Below are positions 15,299 through 30,300 of a stretch of 64,000 nt of DNA, one piece after another. The stretch is from the NCBI RefSeq assembly GCF_037042905.1, contig NC_087263.1, positions 8,310,001 to 8,374,000 of the forward strand. Direction: 5' to 3'. The position numbers were made by a program, and so were the translations under genes. Positions within the stretch are counted from its first letter, which is position 1; the number at the start of each line of letters is the position of its first letter. The notes beneath the pieces are model-generated. The model did no database searches. It was not told the DNA's origin and saw only the letters and a list, made by a program, of their open reading frames with translations. The DNA is from Lytechinus pictus. Taxonomy: Eukaryota.

Positions 15299-16266
15299 GT
15301 AGGATGCTTAAACGAAATACTATTGTAAATAATTCATTCAAGAAACATCGAGAGAAGATATCGAGAGAGAGAGAGAGAGAGAAAATAAATGAAATGATCT
15401 ACCTGACCGCAATTTGTTTGATGAACCATTTAGACATTCCTTCTCAGTCAGTGTCAGTATGCACATTAATTAGTCTTTTTCAGGGGTGTTGCATACTCGC
15501 TATTCGAGAAATCAATTCTTATCAGGACTGCTTAAGTTAATGTGTGCGGGGATTGGTGGGTTGACGACGAGGTGTGTGCGGGTGCATATAGAGGGTGCAT
15601 GTGTGTGTTCGAATTTAGGTGCGATGTTTTGTTAAATGTGATGTGGAAAATTCCCCGTCTCACATTATTGACGTTTAAATTTTTTACTGAACTTTTTTTT
15701 TTGGAGTGGAGGGTGCTTTGTTAGCGTATCCTCTCACAGCAAAATACAATATTCATGATAAATTAAAGTCACCGTAACACTGCACTGTGATAAGTGTGTG
15801 GACCGCATACACCAAGATATTGGACCAAATATCATGATATACTCGTAAATATGGAAACGATGCAAGTTACAAATACCTACAAAGCAAACATTGTTTCAAA
15901 CTGACTACCGAGACTAGTTACCCATGCAATCAGCTTTACAATAGAAAATCATAGCGGTACATATATGCTACTGTACCATTAGACATGTTAGAGAACTTTG
16001 CCTTCAGAGTACATTAATGTTTGGTACTATCATCATGGTAGCCTAGGTCAATGTTAATCATGTATCGTCGGTCCGTAGTATTCTGAAAGGGGACCCAGGT
16101 CCAGATCCGACGGGGAGTAGTCCTGCCCCTCCCCTCTTTTTCCCTCAATTTTTGTTTCATTATTTTCTCTATTTTCTTAATTATTATAATTATTTGTTTT
16201 TATGTGATCAGAAATTGACCTACCACCCAGAGTGCTATTGTTAGTAGTAGAAGTAGTAGTAGTAGT

Positions 16267-16298
<32 letters not shown>

Positions 16299-19200
16299 TA
16301 GTAGTATTCTAGTAGACTAAGTAGTAGTATCATTACTCAGGGTCCGCGGATCGGTTATGAAAGTATGGGGGGGGGGGCTGACCATGCAAACAATCACAAT
16401 CGTATTTATGGTAATTTTAAAAGTTTTGTACACGGTTTTGGGAACAAGTAGGGAGGGGGGTGAACCCCCCCCCCCTCCGGTTCCGCGGCCCCTGTCATTT
16501 ACATTATAATCATCATCATCACTAGTAAGCTATTATCGTCATCATTATTATCAACATCGTCATCATTATCAGCATTACTATTGATATTACTATCATCCAT
16601 ATTTTTCTATTATGGTTTGATATACTGCTCATTTGTTTCGATGTAGGGAGTGGTCAGATATGCAACACGCCTAATTGGCGAGAATTTGGCAAGAACCAGT
16701 ACCTTCTAGTGAGTAACGCTGTCATAGCATGGAATGATGCTATGGAATATTGCCGTTCACAGGGTGGAGACCTCGCAGTTATAACTTCTCATGAACAAAA
16801 CGTAAGTACTTTTTTCAGCTGTTAACACATCCATGTTTAAGGCAATACGTCGATTTTTTTTTATATCACTTTGTTTAGATATTCATCCAGGATCAGATAA
16901 CATATATAATAAAACATTTACATCATTGAAATATTTACATCCTAATTTACAAACATAAGTAACAGAGAAAGTAAAAGTAGTCCAGATCCCGGCGCATTAC
17001 TGCCGAGGCATTTCATCAAAATCGGATGTAAAATAAGAAAGGTATGACATTTTAAATTGGTGCTTTCAATACACACATTGTAGTTGGTATGTAAGTGAGG
17101 GGACTGGTGACATCACCACTTACTGTTTCTTTTGTTTTTCATTTTATGAAATATGAAACACCTTAATTTTCTCCACATTTACATGTGAAACATATTTTTA
17201 TTCATCCCTGAACATGTGGAATTATCATCAGTGAAGTTGGTCATAATTGTCATATCTGAAAAAAATAAATATCGTCTGAAATTCAAAACAATCAAAAACA
17301 AAATAAATAGTGAGTGAGGGACATCACCGATTCTCTCATTTGCATATCACTGACTTGTGCACATAAATTTTAAGTGAAAAATAAGCGAAACCTAAAATGT
17401 CAGAACTTTCTTATTTCACACCTGATTTTGATGAAATTTTTATCGTCATGCTTCGGAATTATTTTCTATTGATTCAAAGACCATTCTTCCGACGTGGACT
17501 TAATTTTTTATTTGAACTATACATGAATGTATAACTTTGTCATATTATTGATATGAAATCGCACTTTTAAAGGCCACAGGTCAATCAAGCTTTGGTATAC
17601 AAATTATTAAGTTATCATTATAATTAAATAATTTAAGTTCTTGCTCCGGTAAATGAATGTTTACGGAAAAAACAAATTTCAGAATTCTGTGTAGCAATTT
17701 GGCGAACGTCATGTAGCTATACCAGATGGAATTAAAAAAAATCAAAATCAATGAAGGAGGGGATATTATTTATTAAGTTGAAAAATGCGACTGTTTTTTC
17801 TCTCGATATTTCGTGTAGAAGCTTTGTGTTACCCACCTAGCGCTGTCTTAAAGCAAACATGATTAACCTGACCGACAAATGAGGCCCGGAGGCGCGTTTC
17901 CGTTTTACACCCTGGCGAAGGCAATCTCCGCAAAAATAGCTAAAAAGCGACTAGTGAAGTGTTTACGTTTGTGTACATTATCAGCTGGGCGCGCGATGTA
18001 AAAGTCCGCACCGAAGAAATCTACAGAACATGTGAATGCATGTTCAACACGAACGTTTGCCTTGATCATTTGCCTTTGCCGAATTGCTGGTAATGTGCCC
18101 TCTCACTGTCATGGAAGAAGAATAACATATTCCGTTACCATTGTTGGTATGACACTGCATTATTATATGAGTAGGATGTAAAATAGACCTTTGTTTATTT
18201 CTAGATGAAAGAAAAGTAATCATTATTATAGGGTATAAGTAAGACAATGTTTGTTGATGCATTAGTCATGTACGATTAAGATTCTTACAAGTTTGATGAA
18301 TATGTGTTCAAATAAAATTCAAGTTATGTTTTCAGTTGTTGGCAAGAAATCACTGGTGTAAATCCGTGTTGAGGGGTGGGGGGGGGGGTGACTGAAATAG
18401 TTTGGCATTTTTTTTTGCCATCATTTTTTTAGATATGCAAGGAATTCTAATTGATATGTCCACAGTGGCGTACCGTGGGTCACGGCATTGTGGGGGCACC
18501 AGCAAAATTTTTGAATCACTGAGTGAGCGCGCTTCGCGCGCTCAGTTGCTAGTTATTCTGACCTAATAGAGACATTTTAAGGACAATGTCATTGAACGGA
18601 TATGTATCTCACTGATCAAATAATGCGAGCGCGAAGCGCGAGCTGATTTTTTTTAAATTCACACCTAAAAAGGGACATTATAATCAAATTTGTGTAATCA
18701 TGATAGGTACTTGTCTCGCTAAATAATGCGAGCGCGAAGCGCGAGCTGAAATTTTCGTTTATTTTGACCCCAAACAGCGAGATTTTAAGGAATATATTTT
18801 AGGAATCCATTAAAAGTATGCATATCTCACCATAGTCATCTAATGCGAGTGCCAAGCGCTTGCTGATTTTATTAGAATTACATCTGAACACATGAAACAA
18901 TTTTTGTAGTCATTGCAATCATGATTATCATACGCATCTCACTAATCAAATATTGCGAGCGTGAAGCGCGAGCTGAAAATTTAGATAATTCAGACCTGAA
19001 GTGGGGCATTCTAAGGTTTCTTTCTAGGAATTAACTAGGACCATACGTATTTCATTAACCAAATGATGCGAGCGCGAAGCGCGAGCTGAAAATTTTTGAT
19101 ATTCAGATCAGAAGAAGGGACATTTTAAGGACTGATTTTAGGAATTCATGAAGAGCAGACATATCTCACCAATCCACTAATGCGAACGTAATCACAGAAG

Positions 19201-21282
19201 GAAATGTTTTTAAATATACGTAGACTATAACATGGGCAATCACTTTTTTAATCATGTAAAAGAAGCATATGTCACTACATAAAACAATGATAACTCAAGT
19301 GCTAGGAAATATATTTGGTTTATATTGACTTGAAAACGGGATATTTTAGTACAACAGGATTATATATCTCGTTAAATAGACAATGCGAGCACCAGGAACA
19401 ATGAAGACGTAGGCCCTGTGCAAATTATGTTTCATGAAGTTATGATAAAAATGTTTCTTATGTAATGTAACATAACATAATTATAATATAATATAACATT
19501 ATAATGAATAATATTTTTTTCTTTCCCACTACATTTCTCTTCCTTTCTCCCTCTTTTCTATTTTTCCCCATTTCCCCGTTTTTGTTTTGGTCAGCCGATG
19601 GGGGGAGCATGTGCCGCCCATGCCCCCCCCCCCCCCCCCCCCCCCCGTAGTTACGCCACTTTATGTTCATATGGCAAATACCCCTCCAATATTATTATCT
19701 TTTTTACCCCATGATGATTTAATGGTTTTATTAGAGATTACATTTTAAAAAATGTGACATTCCATCTTAATCCCTTCCCAAAGACCCCAACATTGATGAA
19801 TTGGAAGAAACGGGGGTTTCTCTTCAATGTTATAATATGGACATAAGTATTTCGTTTGGAAATGGTGAACTGACTCTTTATTTGCATTTTATGATTCAAT
19901 ATTTTGTTTTATTTGTTAAGCGGTATTTTAGGAAGAATTTTCACCAATAAAACAATTATGTCTTGTGATTTTTTTTTAATTTCTTTCGTAAAAAGTGGGG
20001 GGATGTTTGTACAGGCCACCCCCCCCCCCTCCTCGAAAAGTGGGGGGGGGGGGATATATCCCCCATCCCCCCCCCCCCCGGGATTTACGCCAGTGCAAGA
20101 AATTCTTATGAATTCATTTTTGTTTTTTGTTTTTTGTTTGATGTAAAGTACTGTAGTTTGAAGATGGTATATTCGGGGCCTAAAACTTATCAAAACAGTG
20201 AATATGAAAAATATATAAATTTCAGAATCTATTTTCTTTCTTTATGCCTCCAGTCTACACCATTAATTCAATTCAATTCAATTTATTTTATTTCATTTTC
20301 AACAGAATAAAGTAATGCATGTGGTCAAAATAGTTACAATGAACTTATCATACAGGCAAAATAAATTGAGGCATGTACAATATATGATATTTATCTATAA
20401 CTAAAAGTAGAACAAAACAGAGTATTATATATAAGCAAAATATCATAACCATTATAAAACAAAATTCTGAGAAAATGGAGAGATCCACTAAAAAGCAGTG
20501 CTTTTTATCAGGAACACCTGATAACCATGTTATCAGATGTTCCATATGTCTGTCTGTCTTACCGTAAATGTTACTGCAACAACAGTGATTGGATTTTTTT
20601 TACCACAGTGAAGTTGCTGGAAACATCATGTTTTCCATCTATTTGTGCACCGTTTGTCTGTTACCAGTTCTCATTATCGTTACAACATAGAACAGCTATC
20701 AGGTATTGATGAAACTGGAACTTCATTATTTGTTATCCGATTTTGATAAAATTTTCAGCATTTTGCTCCGTGAATTTTACTCTATTTATTAAAATAGAAA
20801 TATTTTCAGCCTGGACGATCCCTTTAAGGGGAAACTAACTGGACAACACTTTTTATGATTTTGTTGATTATAAATTGCTACAAGTAGTCTTTACTTTGTT
20901 TTCAATCATAATTATAATTAGTTGTAGTGGTGATTATTTTAGTAGTATTATTCAATTAGTATTATTAGTAGTCGTCGTCGTGGTAGTAGTAGTAATAGTA
21001 CAATATAGTCGTTAATGTAGTTATATATTATCGATATTATTATTATTTATTATATTATTATAATCATTGTTATCATCAAATTTTTATCATGATTAGTAGT
21101 AGTAGAAGTAGTATATTTTATTATCATTAGCATCATTTTGAAACTTTTATTAATTATTAATTACATAGTTTGTCAATATTATCATGATTAGGCCCTATAC
21201 TATTATTATTATTATCACTATTATTATTATTATTGTTAGCGCTATTGTTTTTATGAACAGAATTAGTAGTATAGAAATAGTA

Positions 21283-21338
<56 letters not shown>

Positions 21339-24300
21339 TTATTACTAGTACTAGTGGTAGTAGTAGTAGTAGTGAGTAGTAGTAGTTATAGTATATTATT
21401 AATTATTTATAAGTATTACATTTTTTTGTTCTTGTTCTTCTTCGCCTTCGACCTTCTTCTTCCAAGTTATCATCATCATCAATATTATTATAATTATTTA
21501 TTATTATTATAGTAGTAGTACTACTAGTAGTAGTAGTAGTAGCAGACTCACTGGCGTAAATCCCGGGGGGATGGGGGGATATATTTCCCCCCACTTTTCG
21601 AGGAGGGGGGGGGATGGCCTGTACAAACATCCCCCCACTTTTTACGAAAGAAATGAAAAAAAAATCACAAGAGATAGTTGTTTTATTGGTGAAAATTCTT
21701 CCAAAAATACCGCTTAACAAATAAAATAATATTATTGAATCATAAAATGCAAATAAAGAGCCAGTTCACCAATTCCAAACGAAATACTTATGTCCTTATT
21801 ATAACATTGAAGAGAAACCCCCGTTTCTTCCAATTCATCAATGTTGGGGTCTTTGGGAAGAGATTAGGATGGAATGTCAAAACATTTTGAATGTATAATC
21901 TCTAATAAAACCATTAAACCATTATGGGGTAAAAAAGATAATAATACTGGAGGGGTATTTTCCATATGGACATACAGTGGCGTAACTACGGGGGACATGG
22001 GGGGCACACCCTCCCCCCCCCCCCCTATCGGCTGACCACAAAAAAAACGGGGAAAGGGGGGGGAAGGAGAAAAGAGGGAGAAAGGAAGAGAAACGTAGTG
22101 GGAAAAAAGAAAATATTATTCATTATAATGTTATATTATATTATAATTATGTTAAGTTACATTACATAAGAAACATTTTCATCATAACTTTATGAAACAT
22201 AATTTGCCCAGGGCCTACGTCTTCATCGTTCCTGGTGCTCGCATTGTCTGTTTAACGAGATATATAATCCTGTTGTACTAAAACATCCCGTTTGCAAGTC
22301 AATATAAACCAAATATATTTCCTAGCACTTGAGTTATCATTGTTTTATGTAGTGACATATGCTTCATTTTCATTAAACAAAAAGTGATTGCCCCATGTTA
22401 AGGTCTTTGTATATATGAAACATTTCCTGTCCGTGATTACGTTCGCATTAGTGGATTGGTGAGATATGTCTGCTCTTCATGAATTCCTAAAATCAGTCCT
22501 TAAAATGTCCCTTCTTCTGATCTGAATATCAAAAACTTTCAGCTCGCGCTTCGCGCTCGCATCATTTGGTTAATGAAATACGTATGGTCCTAGTTAATTC
22601 CTAGAAAGAAACCTTAGAATGCCCCACTTCAGGTCTGAATTATCTAAATTTTCAGCTCGCGCTTCGCGCTCGCATTGTTAAGCGAGACAGGTACTTATCA
22701 TGATTACACAAATTTGATTATAATGTCCCTTTTTAGGTGTGAATATAAAAAAATTTCAGTTCGCGCTCGCATTATTTGATCAGTGAGATACATATCCGTT
22801 TAATGACATTGTCCTCATGTCTCTATTAGGTCACTCACTCAGTCATTCAAAAATTTTGCTGGTGCCCCCCCCCCCCCCCCCATGTCGTGACCCACGGTAC
22901 GCCACTGTGGACATATCAATGACAATTCCTTGCATATCTAAAAACATGATTGCAAAAAAAATGCCAAAATATTTCAGTCATCCCCCCCACCCATCAACAC
23001 GGATTTACGCCAGTGGTAGTAGTAGTGGTAGTAGTATAGTAGTAGTAGTAGTAGTTGTAGCAGAAGCAGTATATTCTAATTCATCGTTTAGAATCATTTT
23101 GAAACAATTTTTTATTTAAAACAACTGGACTTGTATGATGCTGTAGATTCTCCTTCGTTTTGTACCGTTGTTATTATTCTTGTCTTATCATTATTATTAC
23201 TGCTTACTAAATTAATTTTGGCTATTGCCCGAATTGTAGGCTTTTCACCTCCTTGTGTATCGGGGTACAAACGCCACTGCAAAATATGTTCGGATTTAAT
23301 TCATATCCGTGGCCGTGTAGCCACTGAACTCTGTGCTATTATCAGTGGCTGTGTAGATTGCATACGGTGCAGTGTTATGTGCATGTCTAACCAGCGACGT
23401 GTGTAGACTCTTCACTAGTCGCTTTTTAGCTATTTTTACGGAGATTGCCTTTGCCAGGGTGTAAAACAGAAACGCGCGGCCCGGAGTACCCCTTGGACCT
23501 ATGAAGAGATGGACATTCAACGCTTAGATAATGAATTCACTAAAAGGGTGACTGTTATCGTCATCTGAATAACATTCCCTTCATAAACTAGGTTCCAAAA
23601 GAAACTTATTAAACTTCACAAGCGCCCTACACAAATTCCACTCAGCTAAAATGATCGAAATTTTGACACAAACTAGCTTCAATAATCTTTACTAAGCACA
23701 TGTTAAAATATCAGAGATTGGTTCAATTACTTAGAGGCTGTAGCCCCTCGAATCAATTGGTATCGGAGATAGGATTACACAGTTTATTAAAGTTCACAGT
23801 ATGACCATAGCCATGTTTAATATTATTGATAAGAATAACTAAGAAGTTTCAGAAAGTTCAAATGAACATTTCAAACACACTTAATGAGTTGAAAGAAGCA
23901 TAATGCCTGAATGGACTCAATAGCAGTCAAGCAAAGAATTACTATTTGGTTTAATCCCATATCATTTCCATTGGTCTTTCTTTTGCCATTTTGTGACTTT
24001 GGATTCCGGAACCAATTGCTTTGAGGGACTACAACCTTGTTCTCAAACCAATCTCTTAATTATTGACACGTGCTTAGTAAATATTATTCAAGCTAGCAGC
24101 TAGCCCGTGTTAAAATTGTGTTTATTTTGACTGAGTTAAATTTGTGTAGTGCGCTTGTGAAGTTTGATAAGTTTCTTTTGGATCCCAGTTTACTTGTCTA
24201 CTTTGGTCCTATGATCGTTACCGTGAAAAGGCCCTGAAGCAGTTCGTGATTGGAGCACAGACATGACATATATGCGCAGTTGATAACAAATCACTTAAAT

Positions 24301-27300
24301 CGTAAAAAGCGATGTGCAGTTCTTGCTTACCTTTGGTAATCTTATCTCCATCTGTTTTATTTGGGAAAATGTCTGCATATTTTAATATATAGGCAAATTT
24401 GTCATTGATTGTTAACCATTTAAAATTCCATTTTCCAAAGTTTCTCCATAATATTACAGATATACGTGGCTCATAACGTGTTTAGATCGTGTATCTATCA
24501 ATGTTATTGATGTCCTTGCGTGCGTTCGAAAAAAATATATTTTATATCACAGAAATCGTCTGCTTCTAAACTTTGCTGCTCCAAATATGAAGCATGTTGA
24601 CTTAAAGGCACATGCTGAATCAGGGTATCAGCCAACAAAACTAAGACCGGGGAAACCGATCCGTTTTTAAGTGATCAGATACGTCTTGGTCGTCATGGCA
24701 ATTGCTATTGTCACAACACATGTATGTTCTTATTAAGATATACATGTACATAACCAGGTGACGGTGACTATCATTGGATCAAAGAAATGCTCGCATTAAC
24801 CGTCCATCTCTTCATAGGTCCATTGTGAAACAACACTTCTGGGTTTTTTTTTCAATTGCGATCATCACGAAAAGCGATATCGATAGCCCAAAAATATATA
24901 TCATAAACTCCATAAATATATTATAAATCTCATTCAGTTTCATCGATGTTGAGCGATGAATTTTTCTGCATAATTATTGAAGTATGATTTTGTGAATTTA
25001 TATTGGCTAATATTTACTTTTGTGTTACTGAATTTATCTACTGTATATGAATATGTTATAACTATGACATTTTGTACGATTATTTGTATTATGTTTAATT
25101 ATTTGTCTTTTGTGAACAGTGTTTTGTTGATATTGATATTGTAATATTTTGCAATGTACCATTACTTTGATTTTGAATGATTTAATAAATATTATTACCA
25201 ACAAAGATCACAGGGTCGGGCGGGTTACGTCAATGCAACATTATTATTATTTTTTTTTAGGCCTAAGCAGACCTAAGCAATAAGAAGTTTTTGCACAACG
25301 ACGTATGGACGATCAAATAACAGAGAAATGCGTTGTCACGTGCCCGTCATAACAAAGAAGAACCGCGAAGTCATTGTCGAAAATTTGTGAATCAAAACGG
25401 CAGTTTTTTGTGTAATTTGACGGGCATTTTCGATACATTTGCTGTGTTCCTGAATCCTCCGTACGTCGCGAAGAGGATACTGCCCATTTTTTTTTTATTT
25501 AACTAACGATGTTGATGTTCATCTCTGTTCATTTTCAAAGTCGTTCTTGAACACTTTTACACTGAAAACAACGGATCCGAGTGGATATAGCTACTGGATA
25601 GGCCTGAGTGACATAGATGATAACGGAGAATACACGTGGGTAAACAACACGCCGTCCGGGTAAGCGTTTAAGAAAATCATCCGTTCACCACTACATATTC
25701 CGAATGGATGGGGTGCAACAACGGTATAGGCATATCACAAATAATTATTTTTTTTCTAAGAATTCACTTTGACAGATATTTCGACGCATACTGGAACTTT
25801 TCGCTCGCTCTTATATATTTCAAAAGCAAGTGAATGCGGTCAAGAGTGTTCAGTAAGCATAAGAGTGCATCTATTTTTCTTTACTCGCAGCGCCAGTTGA
25901 TATTGTTTTCGGGGAATGGAAAAAAAATAAGAAAGCGCAGTGTTCGAATACATGATTGCCCTAAATGCTGCATTTCTACTAATATCAGAGCCTACACTGT
26001 AGTAGTGTACGAAAATCAACCTACTTGCTATAGCAACAGGCGTTAATCCATAGCAACGTCCATATAACAACTAGTCTATAGTTTCCCCAAAATAACTAGA
26101 ATGGGACCTGAATGTTTCATTTCGGGTAAAATAGCAGGACTTAGAAGCGATAAAGAGAAAACAATAATGTTTAGGAAAGTTATGTTTATGATATAACGAT
26201 ATTTCCATTTTCGTCTTGACATAGAAATTGTTTCTGGTTTTAGTCTTTTCAAAATATATAATATTTCCTTCTAGAAGTTTGTATTTTCTGTCCAATCTTT
26301 GAAATGTTTCTTATTATGCGATTCACTTTATTGAGCTTTTGTAAAATTGATAAAATCTGCGAGGGTGTCCTCAGTGGTAGTGGTCAGTGGTGGGGGATAT
26401 AATAAGCACTCCCAGTTTTGGGTTTCGTGCCCCTACGTAATATACATCAGATTCTCTCAGTCCCAAACAACACAATGAATTGAAATTAAAACATTGAATT
26501 ATGATGAAGAATCTTTCCGAAGACTCTTCAGTTTTTTAGTTTTGGTAAATCTGCAATCCCCCCAGAAAAAAAAAATCGATATGGTAGTATTTTGTATCGA
26601 TTTTAAGGATATGATTTTAATATCCAAATCCAACAACTCAATTCCGCGAAAATAGGTATAAAATAACGAAAGATGAAGCTGGAGGTCAAATTTATAATCT
26701 TACTGCTGAAAAACACAAAAATTACTTTCTAATGGCTGAAAAGAAAACACATATTTAATGACCACTCCGCTTTGAAGCATTGGGATGTTGGACAATAATT
26801 GAGTGGGTTTTTTTTCCTTGTCAAAATTTCATCAGCACCCTAAAAAAAAAATCGTTCCCAGGGCCATTATATTTAGTATTTTTTTAAATGCAAGGAATGA
26901 GTACAGACAAGTAAACGATTCATCCCATAACTTACCAAAATGTGCCGTCAATGTCCTGCACGTTTTTGAGAACCTACCAAAATGTATCGTAACATAGTTA
27001 TGGCACATTTTGGTACTTGTGCAATTCACCAAAATGTGCCGCAACAAACCTCGGTCAAATAAATCGGACTATGGTTGTGCCCGTAGTTAGGAATGGGCGC
27101 GTAGTAACCGCTTTTCCTCCGCAAACAACAAGATTAACACTCCGCTTTCTCCCTGCCTCCCGTCCTTTGTAGAATGTCTAGTCACTTGGACCTCCTTAGT
27201 CGTAAGTATATCTGTTAATGAATGAATGCACTTACAAATATGAAATTATGTGTGATTTTTTTCTCTCAACTGTACTTCTTTGTTTACCTCTACAAAGGTA

Positions 27301-30300
27301 TTCAAACTTAAGATTCCAGGGCAGGCAAGGAAGATGCATCCGGCTTAGAACGGCTTACTTAGGAAAATGGGAGGACAGCTTATGTACAGATACACGTGTT
27401 CACATTTGCCAGCGTGATTCAGGTAATCTAACCGCCCTTTCACGCGGTAAAAACTCATAATTTGAATGATGATTCCAGTGAAAAATAAGGCTAATGACGA
27501 ATATTTAGCACGTGTGAAACCAAATTAGAACATGATTAAAGTCACGAACGCTAATCACAGTCACGACTAAAATAGCAATCATCATAGCAATAATGATCGC
27601 AATTTTCATTTAGTCTAGAATCATCGGACCTGCTCACTAAAAAACTGTGAATTGAATTCGAATTCCCAAGCAAAGGCAGTATATGTCCTTGGTGACTTGT
27701 CAATCAAAGCACTGCAAATACAAACTACGATGAGTGCATGACAATTGTATTATCTACAGAACTGCTTGAAACGTCACGTGAGCTCCGCCCACCAAAATAT
27801 GTTTTGGGGGTCAAGCCTTTTACATGGAAAATTCGTGCCATAATTTAAGTGAAACTTAACTGGAATTCACCTCCGGAGTAGAATTTGAATTCGTGATTGT
27901 GATTAGTGTTCGGGATTCTAGTTTGGTTTCACAAGTGACAAAAGAATCATCATTAGCCTTATTTTGTCACTGAAATCATCTTTCAAATTACGATTTTTTT
28001 ACCCTGTGAAAGGGCGGTATGTAACTTAAAAATGAATACTCCATACATAAGCACGGTGGTTAGGGGTTCTCCTTATTTTTTTTTAACCGTTCAGCGGCCC
28101 TTTTCAATCATCTTTGACTCACAAATTATTTTGAAGTTGTGGTCGTCTTCACAAGCCAGGGAAATTTCCCCCTCCCCGTCGCCGGCGCACTGCCCAAGGT
28201 CGAGAATATCAAACCCTTGATGTATTTCATAATTTGTTTAATTGCTTGAAATAGACATTTTAAAACATCGAAATATTTTGCTTTGATGCATATTTATTTT
28301 TTTCTCATTCTAATTCAATGGAAAGGTTTCTCAGTTGAAATAAACATCAATTTTCATTTTGCAGATCCTCGTTGTTCTTGGAACCAGTACGGGCAATCAT
28401 TTTATCGCTTCATGGGAGATGGGAGGAGTTTTGATTCAGCACAGACTGAATGCGCGAGCATCGGAGGAAGATTGGCGATTATCAGATCAACGGAAATTAA
28501 TGTGAGTCAGTGAATGTTATGATCGGGCATGATGACCAATATAATTTATGATTTTCTTGAAAATATTCGAAGCCTATTCACGTTTCCCTTTTAAATGAAA
28601 TAATGTTGCGTTATGTGAAACTCAATTATTCATATACTCAACACCGTTTAATGAGATGTCACATGTATTTCAATGAACTGCGTGAATGCCTTGTAGTTTT
28701 ATTTGAGAACGGGACCCTAAAATGACAACAACAAAAAATAAAGCAACTGGTGTTCTCACGTGATTCCTTTTCGTTTACCTGAGCAGAACATATTCTTATT
28801 AAAAGGGATGCTCCGGGCTGAAAATAATTATTTCTCAATAAATAGAGTAAAATTTACAAAGCAAAATGCCGAAATCTCATCGAAATCAGATGACAAATAA
28901 CGAAGTTATTGAATTTTCAAGGTTTGCAATATTCCGGTCAAATATAGTTATAAGCATGTCTTCATGAATATTCATTAGGTGGGCTGATGATGTTACATCC
29001 CCACTTTTTTCTTTTTCTTATGTTACTATATGGAATCATAATTGTTTCCTTTTATCATATTGTATAAATGATGTGTCTCCATTATCATGAAATAAGTTGC
29101 AGCAAGAAAGAAATAATGCACTTAATCAGTAATCAATCCAAGTGTTTTAGTTCTTGGTAGAAAATTTTTGAATAAACCTAATTTTATATCACAAAAAATT
29201 GATGATGGCAATTACTGTCTTGGTTTATTCATGGATCTGTCAAAAGCTTTTGACACCATTGACCATGACATACTCTTACGTAAACTGAATGCTTATGGTG
29301 TCAGAGGGTTAGCGTTAGAATGGTTCAAACATTATTTGCATAACAGATATCAGTTTGTCATGGTCAATGGTGTCCAATCACAGCGTAAACTTATTAAATA
29401 TGGAATTCCGCAAGGCTCTATTCTCGGGCCCCTCCTGTTCCTCGTATACATAAATGATATTACAAATTCTTCAAAATTATTCCATTATTCATTATTTGCT
29501 GATGGCACTTGTATTATAAATTCTCACAAGAATATTTATGATTTAATATCTATTACTAATAAAGAAGTTAACAAATTGTATGATTAGTTCTGTTGTAATA
29601 AACTTTCTTTGAATTTTGATAAAACTAAATTTATTATTTTCAGAACAAGGAACAGGAGGGTTCCAAGCGACCTCTCAAATCTTACTATTGGTGGTCATGA
29701 TATATCACGTGTTGAAATTATTCAATTTTTAGGTATTACAGTTCATGAATACCTCTCTTGGAAACCACATATTAACAATGTGTGTAATAAAGTTTCGAGG
29801 TCTATAGGAATCATTTCAAAGCTAAAATTCATATTGCCTAAAAACATACTTATTACTTTGTATTATAGCCTAATCTTGCCTCACTTAACATACTGCAACT
29901 CAGTTTGGGGACATACTTTCAAAAGTCATCTATCTAAATTATCAATACTCCAGAAAAAATCAATAAGACTTATTTCATCATCTCCATATAACTGTCCAAG
30001 TATGCCATTGTTTATCAAAATGAATATTTTACCTTTATCTGATCTCATTTCTATGGATTCCCTTATTTTCATGTATAAATACAAATCTGGAATTTTGCCA
30101 AAGATATTTGACAATATGTTTACTCTTAACTCAACAGTATATGATTATAACACGCGTCAATGTAAATTATTTTATCAACCCAAGGTCTCCTCTTCCATGG
30201 TCTTAAATTCATTCCGTGTGCAATATATCAAATTGTGGAATAGCCTTGACCACTCTACTCAACAAAGTTCAACACTTTCCAAATTCAAACTCTCTTTAAA

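Noticed and set aside
18525..19190. Regularly spaced gcgagcgcgaagcgcgag repeats as a CRISPR-like array
   Set aside because: The spacers are related to each other and lie inside a TIR/TSD-bounded element.
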